Shown one piece after another: positions 56,841 to 64,000 of a DNA stretch of 64,000 bases. The DNA comes from Aplysia californica (taxonomy: Eukaryota). The notes beneath the pieces are model-generated. The model saw only the letters and a list, made by a program, of their open reading frames with translations. It had not been told where the DNA came from and ran no database searches. The stretch's first letter is position 1, and each line of letters starts with the position of its first letter. The DNA is taken from contig NW_004798353.1 of the NCBI RefSeq assembly GCF_000002075.1, positions 8,244-72,243 of the forward strand, given 5' to 3'. Made by a program: the position numbers and the translations under genes.

Positions 56841-57027
56841 GATGGTTGGCGGGTGCTCTGGTGTGGTTTGCTCCTTCTTTCCTATCAAACATCTATCATC
56901 CTTATATGATAAATCTCCCCTTCTTCTTTTTTATGTTTGTTACTCTATTGTAATACCTCTAATCTTCTGGCGCTCATATGACCTTATGCAGTTGCGAGCG
57001 CAGTAAAACCTCTACTAAAACTAAAAC
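56841..57027 (+). mobile_element. Family A retroposon (GGCGCTC stem variant)
   Basis: Consensus match; flanking duplication TTTTAACTT. Confidence 0.85.
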
Positions 57028-57299
57028 TTTTAACTTAAGTATTCTGTGAGCCAGCTCAGCTGACACTTGACATAGCTCAGTTGTCAACAGTCATAAAATT
57101 CTACGAGACCCCTAGCAAATTCATCTATTTTTTAAGAATACCGGGTCTTTATTGTATGAGGCAATTCATGTCTACTCAGTTGGGTGTTTTGTATAATGTG
57201 AATGAGTTAAACTAGGACGTAGTTGTTACTTACAATGAAGTTTGTGGTCAATAAATACTGTGATTTTTGCCTCAAATCTGTTTATCGTTTTCTCTTAAG

Positions 57300-58015
57300 T
57301 TGGGAGTGCGAGGGGCGGCAGCTGAAGGCTATTTCGCTTATTAGTGGATCAATTTAATGTTACCTAATTTCACACATATAACAAGTATAGTAAGGAGTCT
57401 TAAAATCCGCAATCAAATTTGAGAGAAAAAAAATTGTTTCCGTGGATACGGCAGCTGTATTGGATTTTGTTGGCATGTCTTGCGTAATTAATACAGCACT
57501 TATTTTTCATGGAAATAAATTGGGTTTTTTTGCTTTCATCTTGGCAAACAATAAAACAAATCTGTGTGACGAATTTTTCGTAAACGTACTAGAAAATTTT
57601 TAATGAATTTTTTCCTGAGGTAGTATTCACGTTTGCAAAAAAATCTGTGAAAATCCACACTCCAAACTCCACCAACAAAAAACTATTCCTTGCATCAACA
57701 ATTCATCACGCAAATTTTTAGTATTACATCTTTTCTTTATTTTGTGAAAAATTCATGAAGATTGGATGAAAAAGGGTGGAGTTATTTTTTTTTAAAAAGT
57801 AGCCTATATAGAAAAACCACGTTTCTAGAAAACGGGCGATAAAGAAGAAAAAAATGGACTTTATGAAGACATTGAGGTGACAAACATGCCCGGTATGGGA
57901 AGAAATAAGGGGTTCTTATGCGATGAAATAGTTTTAAGAGAGGCTGAAGAAGCTAAAAATGCCAACAACTTTAAATCCTTAATTGTGAGGCGAAGAGGGA
58001 TCCCCCCCCCCCCAA
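57300..58015 (+). mobile_element. Kolobok-like MITE, more degenerate copy
   Basis: Preceded by TTAA; colinear in inverted orientation with 58427-59143. Confidence 0.7.
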
Positions 58016-58426
58016 AAATGTTTGTTCTGTGTCCGATTTCGGTATGTCGACTGATGTCTTGGGGTTGGGAACCGTGATCCATCATTCGTGCGCTTGTGGT
58101 GCCACCAACATTGAAATATTTGTCCCAAATATACATGAAAAGTCAACGCGTTCATAAAGTATCCTTAAAATGGAAATAATAAAGTGACTTCCAATTGAAT
58201 TGAAACAAATTGTGAGGCGCGCTGTCAAAATGAGATGCTTCTCACAATCCACAAATGGAGATCCAAATTGGCCAAAAATAGACATTGGGGTCAAGTTTGT
58301 ACATTTTCCATTGATGCCACATCCACATTCTTTAACTATAACCTGTCTTTTATTATTTAGTACTTTTAAATTGTAAAAAACTCTACCTCTAAATTATAAG
58401 CGTGATTTATCTATTTCCTTTATTAA

Positions 58427-59143
58427 GGGGGGGGGGGGGGGGGGGCTACACCACCAAAGTCAAAATTCGGCTCAAAATTATGGAATTTGAGTTGTAGGCA
58501 TTTTTAGCTTCCTCAGCCTCTCCTACAACTATTTCATCACATAAGAGCCGCCCAAAACCGTATATTTCCCATACTGGGCATGTTTGTCACCGCCATTTCC
58601 TCATAAAGTCAGTATTTTATTTTCCTTTATCGGCTGTTTACTCAAAACGCGACTTTTCTCTATACTTTTTTGAATAACTCCATTTTTTCTCGTATCTTCA
58701 TGAAATTTTCACCGAATGAAGAGAAGATAAAATACTAAAAATGTGTGATGAATTTTTGATATATGGAATAGATTTTTGTTGGTGGTGTCTGGAGTGTGGA
58801 TTTTTACGGATTTTTTGAAAACTGGAATGCTACCTCAGGAAAAAAAATTCATTAAAAAATTTCTAATTCGTTTAGGAAAAAAACAACAGACACATTTTTA
58901 GATCTAATGTTTGTGAATACGCATGCAAAAAAATCATTCAATTTCATTTCAAGTGCGGTATTTATTACGTAAGACTTGTCAACAAAATCCAATATGGCCG
59001 CCGTATCCATGGAAACGAAACTTTTTCTCAAATTTGATTGCGGTTTTAAAGACTCCTTACTATGCTTGTTATATGTGTGAAATTTGGTAAAATTCGGTCC
59101 AGTAGTCAGCGAGATAGCCTTCAGGTGTAGACCCCCCCCCCCC
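58427..59143 (-). mobile_element. Kolobok-like MITE nested in a family E MITE
   Basis: TTAA TSD at 58423-58426 and 59144-59147; TIR (G)n-CTACACC / GGTGTAGA-(C)n. Purine-start ends with a TTAA target fit Kolobok rather than piggyBac. Confidence 0.75.
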
Positions 59144-60527
59144 TTAAGGCTTGAATCTAAGAAATAACTCAATTTGTCAGCACACTTCACAATAATTGTT
59201 GAATAAGTTCTCCCATTTTAGTCGTAAATATAATCAAAAGTCAACTCGCCCTTCAAATTTCATTAATATGGTTTATTATTTTTAGAATAGTTCAGCAGAA
59301 GCGCTCCTTTCGTCGCACATAAGAAATTGAGAAACACAGACTTGTTGGCAAACTATGGAATACCATGCTCATCAATGAACTGATTTTCGACCATCAACCA
59401 ACACTCGTGGAAAGAAAAACGACGACTTATACAATGTACATGCACAACATGTATTATCAATTATCAAATGAAGAGCCCTCTTCTTTCTAGTCCAGAAACA
59501 CACACACACACGCGCGCGCAGAGTCTCAATCACACATTTTATATCTCTCTATCTTTCNNNNNNNNNNNNNNNNNNNNNNNNNNNNNNNNNNNNNNNNNNN
59601 NNNNNNNNNNNNNNNNNNNNNNNNNNNNNNNNNNNNNNNNNNNNNNNNNNNNNNNNNNNNNNNNNNNNNNNNNNNNNNNNNNNNNNNNCTTCCTATGTGA
59701 CTTCCTTTCTAATCTACTCATTGCCTCTCTTGCCTCCCCCCTCACCCCAACATCTCTTTCTCTCAGACTTTCTCTCTTTTCTGTCTATCTTCTGTCTCTC
59801 TATTCCTATGACTCGATCTGCAAAGAGTATTCATCTATGCCTATCAATAATAAAACATTGCATTGAAAAATTCATAGCATACACCTCAAAACATTGAAAA
59901 ACCATTGGAAACACAAATTAAATACTCTCGAAACACGCATACACNNNNNNNNNNNNNNNNNNNNNNNNNNNNNNNNNNNNNNNNNNNNNNNNNNNNNNNN
60001 NNNNNNNNNNNNNNNNNNNNNNNNNNNNNNNNNNNNNNNNNNNNNNNNNNNNNNNNNNNNNNNNNNNNNNNNNNNNNNNNNNNNNNNNNNNNNNNNNNNN
60101 NNNNNNNCTCTCTCTCCCTCCATTGGTCGAGTGTACTTCTTAACTACCTATGTATGTTTATTTGTCTGGCCCTTTTCTCCAGCTCTAAATGACAGTTATC
60201 GTGTCAATGAGCCTCTCGTTTACTCAACCCCCCCCCCTTTTTTNNNNNNNNNNNNNNNNNNNNNNNNNNNNNNNNNNNNNNNNNNNNNNNNNNNNNNNNN
60301 NNNNNNNNNNNNNNNNNNNNNNNNNNNNNNNNNNNNNNNNNNNNNNNNNNNNNNNNNNNNNNNNNNNNNNNNNNNNNNNNNNNNNNNNNNNNNNNNNNNN
60401 NNNNNNNNNNNNNNNNNNNNNNNNNNNNNNNNNNNNNNNNNNNNNNNNNNNNNNNNNNNNNNNNNNNNNNNNNNNNNNNNNNNNNNNTCCCCTCCCCCCT
60501 CTCCCCCCCCCCAACACAACAAGTAAG

Positions 60528-60772
60528 CTAAGGCCCCCTTCCCCCATAGGCCTCCTCCAAAGAGTTATAACTAGCGGACGCCGTCACTATGTTCTCAAGC
60601 TCCGCGTCTAGCCCCGTGTGACCCGGCTGAAGACGCCCGTGCAGCCAGTGGCGCAGTCGATAGAGGGCGTGCAGTACGAACTGGGCGGCCACGGAGAGCA
60701 TGACTCCCAGCACACACGTACAGACAGCCTCCACCGGCTGGGTCCAGTTCATGAAGTAATAGTCTCGCCCGT
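60528..60772 (-). CDS. Protein rolling stone-like, terminal exon
   Basis: cccacag acceptor in phase 1; GRDYYFMNWTQPVEA + hydrophobic helix + LYRLRHWL...GRGP*; TAG at 60530-60528. Confidence 0.8.
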
Positions 60773-60899
60773 CTGTGGGGAGGGAGAAAAGAGAACGAAA
60801 TTTGATGAATAGTGGAAGCAGAAAGAGAAAAACAGCAGATATTGAACCCAGAAAGAGAAAAGCAGCGAACGGTGAAGACAGGAAGAGAGAAATATATTG

Positions 60900-61300
60900 T
60901 TTTAGTAAGGTTTTACGGCGCTCGCAACTGCATATGGTCATATGAGTATGAGCGCCAAGGTGTGGATGTCAACAGAGAAGTTTAAACAGGGAATCAAGCT
61001 TACTCTGCTCACATTTCTAGCCTCAACAGCTCAAAGTCTGCTTCGACTATCAAGACACCCCGAAAATAGCAGTTCATAAGAGAGTGACAAACATACAAAA
61101 GAAGTTGAGGAAAATGACGATAGTAAGGATGAGGAAAGAAAAAGCAGCAGTTCCCCTATGTTGCTCCGGCCCAGTATGAGCATGACATTGACAAATCAGC
61201 CCATTTACAATTCTACTGTGCATAAGAACGTTATGTTAATATCCCCCCGATGGGGATGGCCTAAAGAAGACTTCAGTCAGTAGCACTGCCCTGATGGGGG
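60900..61300 (-). mobile_element. Family B retroposon (sense to the rolling stone-like gene)
   Basis: Reverse complement of the family B consensus. Confidence 0.85.
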
Positions 61301-62413
61301 GGGGGGGGGAAGAAAGAAACAACTAATCCTATTAGTAATAGAGAAGACAGAATCAGAAAGAGAAAAGCAGCGAATAGTGAAGACAGAAAGAAAAAACAAC
61401 CCTTTTGGGTGGAAAGTGAATACAGGAACCCCCCCCCCCCCCACCCCCCCGCATAAATTAGGTGAAAGTGAAAGGTGAAGTAGGGGACACACCTAGGCCT
61501 CACTCGGGCAGCGAACTCCCATCTTGTTTGTGCGACGGTGAAGAGACTAACAGCTACACCACAGACGTTGGTAGTAGACCTGTATGGTCGGGGGTGGACT
61601 CTTATTTCAGAAAACTTGTCTCTAAACGTCTTATATTGTGTTGAAATAGACAATGACTACACAAATAACAATACCATTAGGTTATATGTAAGGGACCATC
61701 AAGTAAACCTTCTTGTGAATTATTCATGACCGTAAGACAATGATAAATTGTTTCACGTCACGCCACCATAGACACGATTTAGATTATTAAGGAGCCGACT
61801 GCTTCGACACTGAGCGCCAGGGTCACTCTGGGAGGAGAGGAATACCGTATTCCAGCGGAAGGATAGAGATACTCGATCAAATTAAGTTTCCCAAGGCTGG
61901 AATAGGACCCTGGTCTTCCGCGTGTAATTGCCAAGAGGGTAACATGACATGCCACCACAAATTTTTTTAAAAGCCAAAAAAACCCCAAAACAAATGAGAA
62001 GGAAAAATGAATGAAACGGTTTAGTTTAAACGCCCCGCGCAACACTGGAAGCTTATATAAGAGGTAGGGCCTCCGAATTTAACAACCAATCTCCAAAAAT
62101 ACCACATCAAATAGGACAACTCTGGGTAAAGTTTCTTATCCAAAGGCACAATGTAAGACGTCGCTGAGCTTCAAACCTCCGAATCTGCATCTCACCATAG
62201 ATGTTGGTGTAAACATAAAACAAACCAGATGAAATATCATATTTAAATTATACTGGGTAGACTGGAAAGGAAAATTTTCTTCTTCATATTTTTAAGTTAT
62301 CTCACTTTAGACATACACTTCGATAGATCAATTGACTAATAAATATGATTGCAATTTAAGAAAAAATTGCTATCCACCAGCTACAGTGTACTATATTTTA
62401 TAAACCCATGATG

Positions 62414-62832
62414 TACCCCCACCCCCCACCCCCGGGGCGGTGCTACTAACTGAAGTGTCTTTAGGCCATTCCCAAGGGGGGGGGGGGCATTAACATCTCG
62501 AGTTCTTATGCACAGTAGAATTGTAATTGTAAATAGGCTGATTCATCATAACTGTGCCTGAACTGCAACAGGGAGCAGCTGCTTTTCCCCCCTAATCTTT
62601 ACTATCGTCATTTTACCTCTACTTATTTTGTATGTTTGTCACACTCTTATGACCCGCTATTTCCGGGGTGCCTTGATAGTCGAAGCAGACTTTATGCTGT
62701 TGAAGCTAGAGAGGTGAGTAGAGTAAGTCTGGTTCCCTTTGTGGACTTCTCTGTTGACATCCACCCCTTGGCGCTCATATGACCTTATGCAGTTGCGAGC
62801 GCCGTAAAACCTCAACTAAAACTAAAAACTAA
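62414..62832 (+). mobile_element. Family B retroposon
   Basis: 12-bp TSD AAACCCATGATG at 62402-62413 and 62833-62844. Confidence 0.9.
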
Positions 62833-63283
62833 AAACCCATGATGAGGCCGATATCAGCCTGGCGGGGAAAATTGTGATAACAGTTGTAGAAATAGAGTAG
62901 AGTTTCTATATCAGAGCACAATGTACTGTTCATGTGTCTTTAATCGGAGTTGAGGGATACATGGATGTCACAATAATATGTTATATTATCACGATTACAC
63001 AATAAATGTTAGTATGTAGCCTGCAACGCAATAAAAATCATTGATATACGGTGACATAATTTTGAAATACAGAGACGAACACCCCCCCCCCCCTCCAAAA
63101 AAAGTAAGTAAATTAATTGATTAATTATCAAAATAATAAAATTAATTAAATATTTTTAAAATGATGATAATAAATTAATAATTATAAATAAATAAATAAA
63201 TAAATAAACAAACAAAATAAGAACAAATGACAAAAAACAAAACAAAACAAATAAGTTTTTAAAAAGTCTCAAAAAGTACTCAC

Positions 63284-63484
63284 CGAGAGCTACCCCTGTC
63301 TGTGTGAGCAGACTGCCGTTGTTGATGTAGTAGAGGGCGTTGAAGACCGTGTAGAACGAGCCCAGAAACACGGAGAAGAACAGGTGGTACACACGGATGG
63401 GCGTGGCCCCCAGCATGACGTCAGCCAACACGTACAGCGTGTTCACCGTGTGCTTCAGGCGAGACATGTCGCTGGTCAGGAGAG
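63284..63484 (-). CDS. Protein rolling stone-like multi-pass membrane protein, penultimate exon
   Basis: cttccag acceptor, gtgagt donor, phase 1/1. LKHTVNTLYVLADVMLGATPIRVYHLFFSVFLGSFYTVFNALYY fits the H-x-x-N...D...P-I-R-x-x-H pattern of rolling stone proteins. Upstream exons lie beyond the window. Confidence 0.8.
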
Positions 63485-63574
63485 CTGGAAGAGGAAATGT
63501 TTGTTAGTTAGTTAGTTAGTTAGTTAGCTAGTTAGTTAGTTAGTTAGTTAGTTAGGTTTTTTTTTTTTTTTTTA

Positions 63575-64000
63575 TAGCAGAGTGTTTTACGGCGCTCGCA
63601 ACTGCATAGGCTATATGAGCGCGCGGGACACACCTAATATTTTCAGTTGGTAGGAAATTTTGAATTTTGCCCGGGTGGCGGCCGAAGCTTACTCTTATTG
63701 ATTTTAGACCACCAAGGGATCTCTAACGTGCGCAACTTGCACACGGGCCCTCCGAGATTTTTCGCCCTTGTCCAAGAAGGCTAGGTGTAGATTTTTCCTA
63801 CCAGAAGATCAGGGGTGTGGCTGAAAGACTGCAGTAAGAAGAAGCGAAGGAGTAGCAGTAGAAAGGCTGCAGAAAGAATCAGGAGCCCAGAGGAAGGGGC
63901 AAAGGAGGTGATTGGGTGGGGGGGGGGGGGGGCAGAAAGAGGAGACGAAAGCAGACGACAGAACATTGCAAGAGAGCAGGAAATGAGGTGAAAGGAGACA
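63575..64000 (-). mobile_element. Family C SINE (5' end runs beyond the window)
   Basis: Similar to 3460-3915; GCGCACGTTAGAGATCCCTTGG core; shared tail. Confidence 0.8.

Overview
This is eukaryotic, intron-rich, repeat-dense DNA from a draft assembly with N gaps. It is most likely a gastropod mollusc, an inference from the repeat types and protein divergence. Most of the window is one + strand gene, EPG5 (ectopic P granules protein 5, an autophagosome-lysosome tether). I traced 46 coding exons from ATG 726 to TGA 49144. All visible splice sites are GT-AG with consistent phases, giving about 2,790 aa; only the start of exon 23 is hidden in a gap. The last two exons of a convergent - strand membrane-protein gene (rolling stone-like) lie at 60528-63484. 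Introns carry RTE LINE remnants, tRNA-headed SINEs, piggyBac-, Kolobok-, Sola- and Tc1/pogo-like MITEs, and nested insertions. The most interesting signal is a set of three short retroposons with different bodies that share one covarying 3' stem-loop and an (ACTAAA/CTAA)n tail. They are mostly sense-oriented in EPG5 and repeatedly end just upstream of 3' splice sites. One copy separates the exon-10 AG from its pyrimidine tract. This is a hypothesis from one locus, not a demonstrated system. Nothing prokaryotic (CRISPR array, operon) is present.
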